A stretch of 64,000 nucleotides of DNA, taken from assembly GCA_038087875.1 (NCBI GenBank), contig JAXLNO010000831.1, positions 124,001 through 188,000 of the forward strand, in the 5' to 3' direction. Each line of letters starts with the position of its first letter. Positions within the stretch are counted from its first letter, which is position 1. Below the pieces are notes generated by a model. That model was given only the letters and a program-made list of their open reading frames with translations. It searched no databases and had not been told where the DNA came from. Origin of the DNA: Malacoraja senta. Its lineage: Eukaryota. Shown here one piece after another: positions 51,851 to 63,272 of the stretch. The position numbers and the translations under genes are program-made.

Positions 51851-54800
51851 TCAAATTAAAATATTAACATTTTTATCTATAATATATTCAACCTCCTGCG
51901 GTGACCAGCGTTCACAGAAGGCCTCCACAGTCCCCGTGGACACCGCGTGTTCCCTCTCTAGGGACACGCGGGCACGGACGTAACCCCGGAAAAGGGGCAG
52001 GCAGCCGACCGCTGTGCGGCCATCGACCGCCCGCTGCCTGGACCCGCGAATGGCCATCTTGGCCAGGCCCAGGAGCAGTCCGACAGGGAGACCCCCTCCT
52101 CCCTCCCGACCCTCCCCCCTCTGTACCGGGTGCCCATAGATTAATAGCGTTGGACTAAAATGTAGCCAAAACTTGAGGAGCAGCCCTTTCAGATACTCGA
52201 ACAGGGGCTGCAACCTCTCGCACTCTATATACACGTGGAACACGGTCTCTTCCTCACCGCAGAAATGACACGCAGGGGAAGAGTCCGTGAACCGGCTCAA
52301 GTACTATTACAGGCCACGGCTTTGTGCAAAACTCTCCACCCCAGGTCCCCGATGTAAAGGGGGAGGACTCCCTTGTAGAGAGACCTCCACTGAGGACCGC
52401 TCCCCTCGTCAGGTGGTAACACGGACCGCCAGGGTGTGTCTGGATGGAAGACGAGGGCGAGGAAGTGGAGAGTGTGCAAGAGCAGCCTGTACAGTACGCG
52501 CCTCTCCGCGCCACGGAATGGCACACTGGGCATCTCAAAAAGGCGGCTCATGTTGCATGGGGCCGGCTCTCGGGGAGGGTCCTGGGCCATGGGCCCTATG
52601 AACAATTCTGACTGAGCGGGGGTAAGCTCGTCCGGAATCGCTCCATGTACACGCCTCTCCTCGATACCCACCGTCACAGCCACGACACCCCCCTCCCCCT
52701 GAGGAGCATGGCCCTGGCTGAAGGTGACCAAATTCCTGGCCTTCAGGAGTTCACGGTAAAAGCCAGGCAACTCCCGCCTAGCGCGTCGACTCATGCCCGC
52801 TACCGGGAGCCGGGAGCCCTCCTGAAGGCACCGTCCCTGACGGAAAAAGTACGTCGCCAGCACGTGCCATTTAGGAGGGTAGTCCGAGTAGACGTACCTC
52901 CGCAGGGTCCTGAGTCGGTGAGCCGCCACCTGGGTACGAATACAGACCAGCGCCTGACCACCCTCCTCCAACGGGAGACTCAGAACCCCAGCAGAGACCC
53001 AGTGGTTCCTCTCCCCCCAGAAGAAGTTGACCAATCTCCTCTGTAACATGGTTATAAAATAAGAGGATGGGACCATAGTGGCCATCCGGTACCACAGCAC
53101 AGAGGCCACCAGCTGGTTTATAACTACAGCCCTGCCCCGGTAAGAGAGCACACCAAGTAGGCCTGACCAACGTCCCAGCCGGGCGACCACTTTCGCCTCC
53201 AGCTCCTGCCAGTTCGCCGGCCACCCCTCCTCAGCGGGACTCAGGTAGACCCCCAGATAGAGGTGGTGCGTGGTACTCCACGCAAAACCTGCCATCTCCT
53301 CCGGCAGGGAGTCCACCTGCCACCCACCCATCAAGAGACCAGAACACTTCCCCCAGTTGATCCTGGCGGAAGATGCAGCCGAGAAAACCTGCTGGCACTC
53401 ACGCATCCTCCGCAGGTCACCAGGGTCGGTGAACATCAGAAGGACATCATCGGCGTAGGCCGAGAGAACCACCTCCATCCCCGGCCCCGGTAAAGCCAGG
53501 CCTGTCAACCGCCTCCGGAGAAGGCACAGGAAAGGCTCGACACAGATGGAATACAGCTGGCCGGACATGGGACATCCCTGACGAACCCCCCTCCCAAAGG
53601 GAATGGGGGCCAACAAAGAGCCGTTGACCTTAACAAGGCATTCTGCAGCAGTATATAACAATCGGACCCAGGCCACAAAATGCGGTCCAAATCCGAACGC
53701 CTGCAGAGTCCCAAGAAGGTAGTCGTGCTCCACCCTGTCAAACGCCTTCTCCTGGTCGAGGGGGAGAAAGGCGACCGACTGACCAGCCCCCTGGGACAGA
53801 TGGATCAGGTCCCGGAGCAGATGGATATTGTCCTGGATGGACCGGCCCGGGACTGTGTACGACTGGTCAGGGTGGATCACCTGGGACAGCACGGGACCCA
53901 GGCGATTCGCCAATGCCCGTGCAAAGACTTTATAGTCCGTGCTGAGGAGAGAGACCGGGCGCCAGTTCTTCAAAAGGCGAAGATCGCCCTTCTTGGGCAG
54001 CAGGACAACAACTGCCCTGCACCAAGAGAAAGGCATCTCCCCGGTCGCCAGGCTCTCCCCCAGGACCTTCATATAGTCGCCCCCCCAGGACATCCCAGAA
54101 GGCTCTAAGGTACTCCACAGTCAGCCCATCCAGCCCTGGAGACTTGCCCCTCCTGAGCTGGTGCAGGGCACCAGTCAACTCCTCCAGAGTTAGGGGATCA
54201 TCCAGGTGTTCAGCCACATCATTGCACACAGCGGGTAAGCCCTCCCACAGGACTTCTTTTGCCTCCCCACTCGATGTGCCAGCCGAGAACAGAGTCCTGT
54301 AGAACGACCGAACTGAGGCACCAATGCTCTCTGGATCTGTGACAGAGGAGCCATCATCCGCAAGCAACTCTACAAGCTGCCTGCGGGCTCCTCGCCCCTT
54401 CTCCAGAGAAAAGAAAAAGGGGAAGGCGCGGTCCAGGTCGTGCAACATCTGGACCCGCGACCTCACATACGCACCCCGGGACCTCCTAAGCTGCAAGTCC
54501 CTCAGTGCTCCCTTCTTCTCCTGGTATTCCTCCCACTCACACGAAGCCCCACCAGTCTGATCCAGACGAGCCTCCGAGTCGAGTAACTCTCTCTCAAGCC
54601 GTCCGATCTCGGATTCCCGCCCCTTGGTCGACCCCCTCGCATAGTCCTGGCAAAACTGATGGACGTAGACCTTCCCCACGTCCCACCACTGCCTTAGGGA
54701 AAGGAAAAGCCCCTGCCTCTCTCTCCACCTCGCCCAGAACTGCCTGAATGAATCCCGGAATCGGCAATCCTCCAACAGCTGGCTATTAAAATGCCAGTAC

Positions 54801-55528
54801 GCGGACCCTGCCCGTGTGCGCGCTGGGATAAAGTCCACTCGCAAAAGGCAATGGTCCGAGCATGGCGCCGGCTGCATGGAGGCCGCCGAAACACAGGAGA
54901 CATAGGCCTTGGACACGTATAAATGATCAATACGGGAACCACCACCCTCAAACCTGTACGAGAAGGCGTTGGAGTCAGGATGGAAATTCCGCCATGCATC
55001 TACCAGCTCAAAAGAGTCCCCCATCTCCCTCAAAGTCTTCACTGCTCCCGGGTCACGCTGAACGCCAGAGCGATCTCTTGTCTCGAGGGCACAATTAAAA
55101 TCTCCCCCAAGGAAAACACACTCCCCACGGTCGATAGTGTTCAACAACGTGGTCACTTCCCTTGTTAAGCGCGTCTGCATTGCGCCGATCTTGGGGGCGT
55201 ACACATTAACGAAGTGTAATGGCACACCATCCAAGCGCACGGCCAGATACAGCAAACGGCCTGGTACAACCTCCTGCACTTTGAGGATCTCCGGCTGGAA
55301 AGACGGGGCCAACAGGAAGGCTACTCCACTCGATTTGGAGCTGAGATGACTCATGTAGACCCCCCCTTCCCACTCCAGGAGCCATGTGGGTTCATCACTA
55401 GCCACAGTGTGTGTTTCCTGCAGGAAGCTCACCGCATACCTCCCGTCCCTGAGCACTGAGAGATGGTGAAACCTACGGAGAGACCCCCTGCCCCCATTGA
55501 TATTCAGGCTGGCTATAGTGAGCTTCAT
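51851..55528 (-). pseudogene. Tx1 ORF2 (APE-RT), frameshifts at about 54080-54086 (G7 run) and about 52303
   Basis: Track ORFs 53930..55528, 52297..54093 and 51851..52300 form one continuous pol with two 1-nt shifts. Confidence 0.9.
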
Positions 55529-57632
55529 TTTGAAAGTACACTAGATCTTTTACCCGTCCCCGGTGATGGATTGGAGCCTCCCCTACCCTTCTTCCCTCTC
55601 TTTAGGGCCTTAAAAAGCTCTTGGAACTGGCGCCTCTCATTTCTTACTAGCCCCGCCTCATTCCCCTTCTTCTGAAGGATGGCATGAATGGACTGCATGG
55701 GCGCCATCAGGTCCGACCAGCGGTCAACAGCCAAATCCACCTTATTCCTACTCCCTCCAGTTTCCTTTAAGAACTTCCGAAGTTCCCAGACTTCGACAAG
55801 TCGAGACACGGGGCCACGGGTGGAGCAGTCCGTCAACTCACTGTCAACGGACTCCGCGTACCCTTCCTCCTCGCACTCAATGTCCGAGCCCGAGTCCAGA
55901 AGGTTACTACTCTCAGCCGCCTCGCTCACCCCTCCCTGTGAGGTGGGCATTCCAGCCACATCACACAGTCCCTCCTCTGTCACCATCCCACCCCCAGGAT
56001 CAGTGACAGGGGCAGGTACCAGTGCCTCTGACCGCGGCAAACTATCTGACAATTGGCCAGTCTCCTGCACGCTCCCATCGCCCTCTGTAACCGGATTGGG
56101 AACAGTGAAGTCAGAGCAAGTCTCCAGGCCTTGCTGTAAGCGGGTCTGTCTGGAGTCCGACCTAAGGACACGATCCAAAATGATCTTGCCCTCCTCCGCA
56201 CCCAGGGTATCCGCCCCTGCACCGTCACCCAGAGAGTCCCCGTCCCCCACCACCAGGTGAATCACCCCACTGTGGCCCTCAGGGGCCGATGTTACTGGAG
56301 TCTCCCCTGCTCCCTCAACCAGTGGGGCATCACACCCCTCAACTGGGCTTGTAGCCTCAACGGGGAGCTCATGTTGGGGACCCACCCCCTCACCCAAGTC
56401 CCCCCTTCAGGCTGCCCCTGGTCATCCACTAAGCTAGCAGACGTGTTTTCTGGGGGAACAGCCCCCAAGAGCAATATATCTCCACTCTCAGGTGGTCCCA
56501 GACCTACAGAGGCATCCTCCCCCTCAGAGGAAATGTGCCCTGGGTACCCCACCTCAACAGGAGGGGAAGGCTCCCCTTCAGGTTGCCCCTGAACTTCAGG
56601 GCCCTTCTCTGTATCGGAGGACCCATGCCTCCTCCTCTTCGAACCACTGGCGTACGGTGGTACGGTGAGCTCCATTGCAGAAGCCTCTACCTCCACACTA
56701 CCGTCTATCTCAGAGGCTAGCATGAAATTATCTGCTGCCTGGGGTCCCGCTTGGAGGTGATCATCTTCTAGGGGATCAGCCTGGAGATGTTTCTTCTTTT
56801 TCTTGACTTTCCTCCCCTGCTGATGCTCCCAAACCTTCCCATCCACCCGACGCACTTCTCCGGCATCCACCGCCACAGGTGCGGGACATGGGGGTGGTGG
56901 GGGGATAGGGGTTGGGGGTAGGGGAGTAAAGCCTTCACGGGCCACCGTGGTAAAACCAGCAGCCCCAGATGGGCCAGTAGTGCTTTCCCTTGCCATCGTG
57001 GTTGAACTGGCAGCCCGGGTCCTGGGACAATTCTTGCGAAAATGCTCCACCTTTTTGCAAGCGTGACAACGCACTTGGCCCGCATTCCAGAACACGCGAT
57101 AGGAGAAATCATCCACCTCCACCTCAAAACTCCCCTCCGTGTCCGTCCCCTGTGCCAACTGTATATACACGCGACGCTTGAACGTATATATATGCTGCAT
57201 CTCAGGATCGTCAAACCTGTACAACAGTTTGGTGAGCCCTGACCGCACCTCCCCCAGCTTCCTTACATGTGGGAGCAGGAGCGCATCCGGAACAAAAGTG
57301 GGAACGTTGGACAGAATGACCGGCAAAACGGGACCCCCCCATGGGTCCACCGCCGCGAAAACCCCCCCTGCTGTTACCCCCCTTTCCAGAGCCAGAGCCA
57401 GAGCCACCGCCTGTTCAGTCTTTAGTAGAACCACAACCTTCCCACTGACCACCGCGCCCGAGACTATGGCTTTCTTGCCAACAGTCTCACCCAACGCATC
57501 TAGAAAGGCCTTTAAGGGCAGGTTGCTCTGCATGTACATTTTTACACCATATGTGCGCCCCATCAACTCGTGGCCCTCAGTCTCGGAGACTGCCGACCGT
57601 GCAACAGCTGCATAACTCTGAGGGGCCGCCAT
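55525..57632 (-). pseudogene. Tx1 ORF1 (gag-like zinc knuckle), one frameshift in a G6 run at 56400-56405
   Basis: Track ORFs 56292..57758 and 55525..56397 join across the homopolymer; MAAPQS start at 57632. Confidence 0.85.
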
Positions 57633-58345
57633 CTTTAGGGCGTGGCACAACACACAAAGTATCAGTAGTTTATATCCAAAGCAGTCTTTCTGCTGTTGCT
57701 GCACCTCCACTCTTTTGCAGCAGTTAAATAGTCTTGTGAAGGCTTTCTTGGTAAGCAACAGAAGCAGTCTCCTCCTGATAAGATAGGAATGTCCGTGCCA
57801 ATCCTCCCCGTCGTCAAAAATGGAGCTTCCTTATGCTTCTTCCCCAGGCCTCCGGCACCTCCCCGGCTTCAACGAAATCCAAGGCACTGTTGCCGTTCTT
57901 ACCCAGCCCACCTGGACCGGGCAAGTCAGTTTAGGAGGGAGCTTTCCGATGTTACTGACCACAAACACCACTCTAGACTCAGCTCCCACTCGTTCAAGTG
58001 TAACTTGGCCTTCCGCCAGCCACTGCCGCTCCTACGACTTTACAGATACACGGACAAATCCTCCCTAATTAGAGGAATCTTTGAACAAAGAAAGTCTCTG
58101 CAGATCGACAAAACTCTGAACTGCAAAGTCTGACTGCTTTTGTTTCTCCCCGCCAAACAAAACCTTCCGAAAAGTTCATCAAATCCTCCCCGCCAGCAGA
58201 ACAGCTCCTCACCTGGCCCCGCTCTGGGAGTAGAAGTGGGGGCGGATCTGGACCACAACGGCCGTGAGCCCCAGGCCGAGCTCGGCGATCGTTTGCCTGC
58301 TTCTGCTGTTGTTGGAGGTGAGACGTTGCGTCGCGCCAGGGCCTT

Positions 58346-58571
58346 GGGCCTGTCCCACTTTGGCCGTCAGTTCCGCGACAGACCGTTGGCGCGCGAAGAT
58401 TTCGTTCACTACAAAATTATTGGAGCCCCGCGCAATGTCGCGCACAACTACATACCCCTCCGCGCTTCTCAGTGAGACCGGTCCCGCGCGGCCATACAGT
58501 GCCCGTGAGCCTCAACGCGACCACGAGGTCACATAATTTGTGTGCCAAGGACAAGTAAGTGGGACAGGCCC
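58346..58571. mobile_element. MITE with perfect 15-bp TIR GGGCCTGTCCCACTT
   Basis: 58346-58360 versus 58557-58571; shares its terminal motif with the 9168-9485 MITE. Confidence 0.75.
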
Positions 58572-59588
58572 TTAAAAATACCAAGGAAGGGTAGCGCAGC
58601 TACACATCACTGGATATCTTTAACCTGTTCAATCACTGGATATCTTTAACCTGTTCAATGCCAACGCCGAGTACACTAGGGATCATGGCCAATAGTGAAA
58701 AATAAACTTGGCAGTGAACAGCTTAATGGTCTCCATATTTTAGAGAAAGCCTTCAATGCCCATGAGGGGTGAGCCTTATTATATCTATGTTTCTCTAAAT
58801 ATAGGAAGCACTTTTGTGGTAAAAGATGGGGCAGCTCGGGCCTCGAAAAGATCCAACCTTATGTGTAGCTTTACATTTGTTTATATGCAATAAGCAAAAA
58901 GAACACAATAGAAGATAAAACATGATAATAACTATGAGCAAAGCCAAGAGATCGTGGCCTTACACGAGTTGCTGCCTTGCAGCACCAGAGACCCTGGTTT
59001 GAACCTGACTACGAGTGGTGACTGTACGGAGTTTGCATGTTCTCCCCGTAATCTGTGTGGCTTTTCTCTGAGATGTAGGTAAATTGGCTTGGTGTAAATG
59101 TAAATTGTCCCTAGTATGGGCTGAAGGGCCTGTTTCAGCAATGTATCTCCAAAGCAGTGGTTCTTAACCTGGGGGTCGTGACCCCTATGGGGGTCATTTG
59201 GGGGTTTTCCGGGGGTCATGAAGGGGTTGTAAAGAACATCAATTTGTTGAGCCTATTTTGAGGAACCTAACAAAGGTACATACCACACACAGTATTTTGT
59301 TCACGAATGCGCGTACGTATACACAGGGCCTATGAGAGGGGGGTGCAGGGGGTACATCGTACCTGGGCCCAGAGTCCAATAGGAGCCCGGGAGCTGAAGG
59401 AGGGGGGGCGGGAATTTCGTGAAATCTCAGAAAATGTTTGCATATATTTTGTGAAGACAAGCATTTACATTTTGTGCCTTCAGAGTTTTATATATCGTAA
59501 TTCGTAGAAATTGTGATCCATAATATAGCAGGGAATTTTAACTGGCGGGTGTGTGGTCGGGGTAACCTGATTAAAAGAGAGGGAAGGG

Positions 59589-59755
59589 GATGGATCTTCC
59601 CTGTAGGAGGAGGGAGAGCACGAGGACCCAACAGAGTCATCACTACTGATGGATCTTCCCTGTAGGAGAAGGAGGGGGGAGAGCACTAGGACCCAGCAGA
59701 GTCATCACTACTGATGGGTCTTCCCTGTAGGAGGGGGGGGAGCACTAGGAGCCAG
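59589..59755 (+). repeat. Minisatellite, about 3 units of 60-65 bp
   Basis: gatgg(a/g)tcttccctgtagga...gagcac.agga.cc..cagagtcatcactact repeated. Confidence 0.85.
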
Positions 59756-60054
59756 CAATTAGACCATGTGCTCTCTGCATGGTTTAGGTTGTGGGCCTGG
59801 TGCTATGCTGGGAATTCTGGTGAGGTGACGGCTCTGGCCCGCTGGTGGCCGGTGGAGAGGCGAGGGTCGGCAGAGTCGCTGGTGGAGGCCCGTGGGGAGC
59901 TGGAGTAGAGATATGGGCAGCAGCATCATTGGCTTTCTGAAGACAGTGAAGGTCGGCGACAGTGGCTGCGGTGGCCTCGCCCGGGGAGGTGGTGAGAGTC
60001 GGCAGCCGCGGCTGTTTCAGTGGTCCGGGCCTGGGTTTCGGACAGTGTGTGGAT

Positions 60055-60160
60055 GGGTGGGTGTGAGTGAGTGGGTGAGGGTGTGTGTGTGTGTGTGTGG
60101 ATGTGTGTGGGTGTATGTGAGTAGGTGAGTGAGTGTGTGTCTGAGTGTATGTGTGTGTTA
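60055..60160. repeat. (TG)n/(TGAG)n microsatellite
   Basis: Visible tract. Confidence 0.85.
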
Positions 60161-60387
60161 GTGGGAGGGTGAATTTTATAAATGAAGTTAAATCCATTAG
60201 ATCTGTTGAACTTGTTAACAGACTATTGACTTGGTATCCTGTTTCCAAATGTTTGTGTTAGCTTCAGAATACTATTAACAATTCCAGCAACAGTAGCTTC
60301 TGCAGAGAGGTCATTTAGCAAACTCAAGCTGATTAAGAATTATTTAAGGTCGACATTGTCTCATGAACGTCTTGTGGATTTGGCCAG

Positions 60388-60885
60388 GCTAAGTATTCAA
60401 AGTCAAAGTCAGTGTTATTCATCACATACACCCGAAGGTGCAGTGAAATGAATTTGCCAGCAGTGATACACGTAAAAAGAACACACAATACACAATAAAA
60501 TTGAACACAAACATCCACTACTGCATTCTTCACTGTGGTGGAAGGCAACAAGTTTCAGCCAGTCCTCCTCCTTTGTTCACCCGTGTTCGGGGCCATAACC
60601 CCTCCGTAGTCGCATCTAGGGACGGCCCGATGTACAAGGCCCTCTCGTTGGGATGATCCAAACTCCGACGTTGGGACGGACAAACACACTCTGCGGCTTG
60701 GAGGTCCCGACTCGGCACTTTCCTACTGGAGACCACAGCTTCAGGATGTTATAGGCCGCAGGCCAGCGGTTCAAGCTCGTCTCTGGTGATCCCCGGCAAG
60801 GGATCCCAGACTCCGGATGGTAAGTCCACGCCACGCCCACGGCTAGAAGCTCCGCAGACCACAGCTCCACGGTGTCAACGTATTG
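60388..60885 (-). mobile_element. Unclassified GC-rich interspersed repeat with LINE-like 3' tail; related copy at about 63480-64000
   Basis: Shared blocks ttc(c/t)tcactgtg(g/a)tggaaggcaa, ctgcggcttggaggtccc and atggtaagtccac; splits the inner hAT remnant. Confidence 0.6.
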
Positions 60886-61498
60886 AATCAATAGTATCGA
60901 ATCAAACATTGCCAGAACAATACATTTTCATGCTGTGATTTGACATTTTTCACAAAAAAGGCCAGGAAACCTCTTTATATAAAATAAATTTATATAATAA
61001 AAGTAAATCTTTTGCTTTTTACTAATAATTATGTCTTTTGACGATATAAACTGCATTGAAACATAAAAGGATGTTTCAATGTGAATTCTTTCTCCTTATC
61101 TGTATTGTAGCATAAACAAAGATGTTCAAAACAAAGGTAGATAAAATGCTGGAGAAACTCAACGGGTGAGGCAGCATCTATAGAGTGAAGGAAAACAAAT
61201 GTGCTTTCTGATCCTTTTATGTTATTTATACTTATTTATATTTATCATGGAGGGTGTATAGGGACATAAGGCCTCAAATGCAGAAAATCAACAGAGCGCC
61301 CCATTCCAGCCCTCTCTCATCTTCCATACCCCTTTTTGCCGTGCAGGCTACAGCTCATGGCATAAAACTGTAGCATAGTGGATAAAAACAGGATGACTAA
61401 TGGAGAAGGGAAGGGGGCCCAAAAGATACTTTGTACCCACTGATAAAATTCCTCTGAGGCCCTGCGTATACACGCACAAACAGTGTATGTTGTGAACC

Positions 61499-63272
61499 AT
61501 GTCTTCCAAGGTGCGCACGTATAGTGAAACATTTCTCAAGTTGGGCTTCACAAGCATTGTTCCAAATCCGTGGTCAAACCGCAATGTGTTCTCTGTGCCA
61601 AGGTTTTGAGTCACGAGAGCATGAAGCCCAGCAAACTGAAGATCCATTTGGAGTCTTGTCACAGTAACCTGGCGGGGAAGAGCGTGGACTATTTCAAACG
61701 AAAAGAAGCCGTACTCAAGGGTTCCCGCATCTATTCAACGGGTCACTGTGCTCATCAAAATGAAGCAGCGTTGGAGGCTTCATACCAGATTGCTTATCGA
61801 ATCGCACAGACTAAGAAACCTCACAGCATCGGTGAAGAGCTTATCAAGCCATGCCTTCTCGAAACAGCGAAGTTGATGCTGGGGGAAGAGCAGTCAAACA
61901 AGTTCAGGCAGATTTCCCTTTTGAATGACACAGTCAAAAGTTGAATCTCAGATATGAGTAATGATATTCTGCTGCAAGTAGTGAGGGCTGCGACGAGCAG
62001 TCCAGTGTATTCACTGCAACTGGGCGAGTCAACAGATGTTGCCTCATGTTCCCAACTGCTAGTCTACGTTTGTTACCTCAATGGAGAAGCCATGTGGAGG
62101 AGTATCTGTTCTCGGAGCCATTGGCTACTACCACTCGGGGAGAAGATGTGTTCAGAATGCTGGTAGCCTTCCTCATCAGACATGAGCTTGGCTGGGAATG
62201 CCTTGTCGGGATGTGTACAGATGGGGCACCTTCCATGGTCGGTTGCAGATCCGGTTTCCAAGCCTTCGTGAATGATGTCACTCCCCATGTCTCCTTCACC
62301 CACTGCATGATACATCGCCATGCTTTAGCGATGAAGACTCTCCCTCTTGGTCTTCGAGAAGTGCTTTCAGATGTGGTGAAGATTGTGAACCACATCCGAG
62401 AGAGCGCAACAAACTCAAGAATCTTCAAAGCGATGTGTGAAGAAGGCGCCGATTTCACTATTCTGTTATACCACACATGAGGTGCGCTGGCTTTCACGTG
62501 GTAAAGTTCCCAATCGTGTGATTCAACGTTGAGAGGAAATAGAGTTGTTCTTGGAGAGAGGATGAAGGAGAATCAGCTTCATGAAAAGATGCAGGTTGAA
62601 CTGTTCGTGATGAAGGTTGCTTACTTGGCTGACTTCTTCACATAGGTGAATTCCTTCAACCTGTCATTTCAAGGAAACATCCCAATGCTACACACAGCTT
62701 GTGGCAAAGTGGCAGCGTTCAGGAGGAACCTTTACCAGAGAAGAGTCCAGGATGGTGACTCGACTATCTTCCCTGAGATGACGACTCTCCTGGATGCTAT
62801 GCCTGATGCTGAATGCCACTTCCACGAGGAGATCTCAACCCACCTTCTGGCAATTAGTAAAGCCATCGAACGTTACTTCCCCGGACTGGATGACCGCTCT
62901 CATGATCAGTGGATCATCTGACCCTTTTCCGTTGAAGGCGGTGCTATCAGTGATACTGATGTGACTGCGAAGGTTGCATTTTACCGAATTTGTGAAGATG
63001 CGCAGCTCAAGAGTGACTTCATGGAACAAGGGCTCGCCACGTTTTGGCTGAAAGTGAAGGACTGTCCTGCTCTTTCGAAGAGGGCCCTGACCCTATTGGT
63101 CCATTCCCCCTCAACCTCTCACTGTGAGGGTGGATTCTCAACTATGGTAACTCTGAAAACGAAGGTACGCAATAGGCTTGTGATCGACACTGACATGAGA
63201 TGCTGCCTGTCGAGCATTCGTCCATGTTTTGATTGCCTGATGACTGCGAAGCAATTTCAGCCATCCCATTGA
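61499..63272 (+). pseudogene. Degenerate Buster-type hAT transposase
   Basis: MSSKVRTYSETFLKLGFT..KPQCVLCAKVL (BED-like), LQLGESTD, HCMIHRHAL, HT*VRWLSRG, C-terminal CEGGFSTM...RCCLSSIRP; multiple stops and frameshifts. Confidence 0.9.

Larger units (their letters stand above)
51736..57790 (-). mobile_element. Near full-length Tx1-clade non-LTR retrotransposon (5' boundary uncertain)
   Basis: ORF1 (57632-55525) with CCHC knuckle CHACKKVEHFRKNC. ORF2 (55528-51851) with APE endonuclease (SLNING...LQETH...GGDFN...SRIDH...SDH), RT (GVRQGCPMS, YADD) and C-terminal CxxC..H..C. Poly(A) at about 51736-51750. Confidence 0.95.
59324..61464 (+). mobile_element. Second, internally deleted hAT element (ZMYM1/Tip100-like C-terminus) nested in the Buster element
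   Basis: Ends CAGGGCCT...AGGCCCTG flanked by a perfect 8-bp TSD CGTATACA (59316-59323, 61465-61472). Remnant FPNVCVSFRILLTIPATVASAERSFSKLKLIKNYLRSTLSHERLVDLARLSI at about 60241-60387, resuming ESNIARTIHF..FSQKKARK at about 60898-60970. Confidence 0.88.

Noticed and set aside
52645-57615. Numerous 60-190 aa plus-strand ORFs
   Set aside because: Antisense shadows of the GC-rich Tx1 ORFs with no independent motifs.
58780-58890. Acceptor-like ttctctaaatatag|gaagc as the alpha-2 exon
   Set aside because: Translation (STFVVKDGAARASKRSNLMCSF...) has no class I features and soon stops.
59589-59755. Repeat array resembling CRISPR
   Set aside because: Units are contiguous with no unique spacers and the context is vertebrate; it is a minisatellite.
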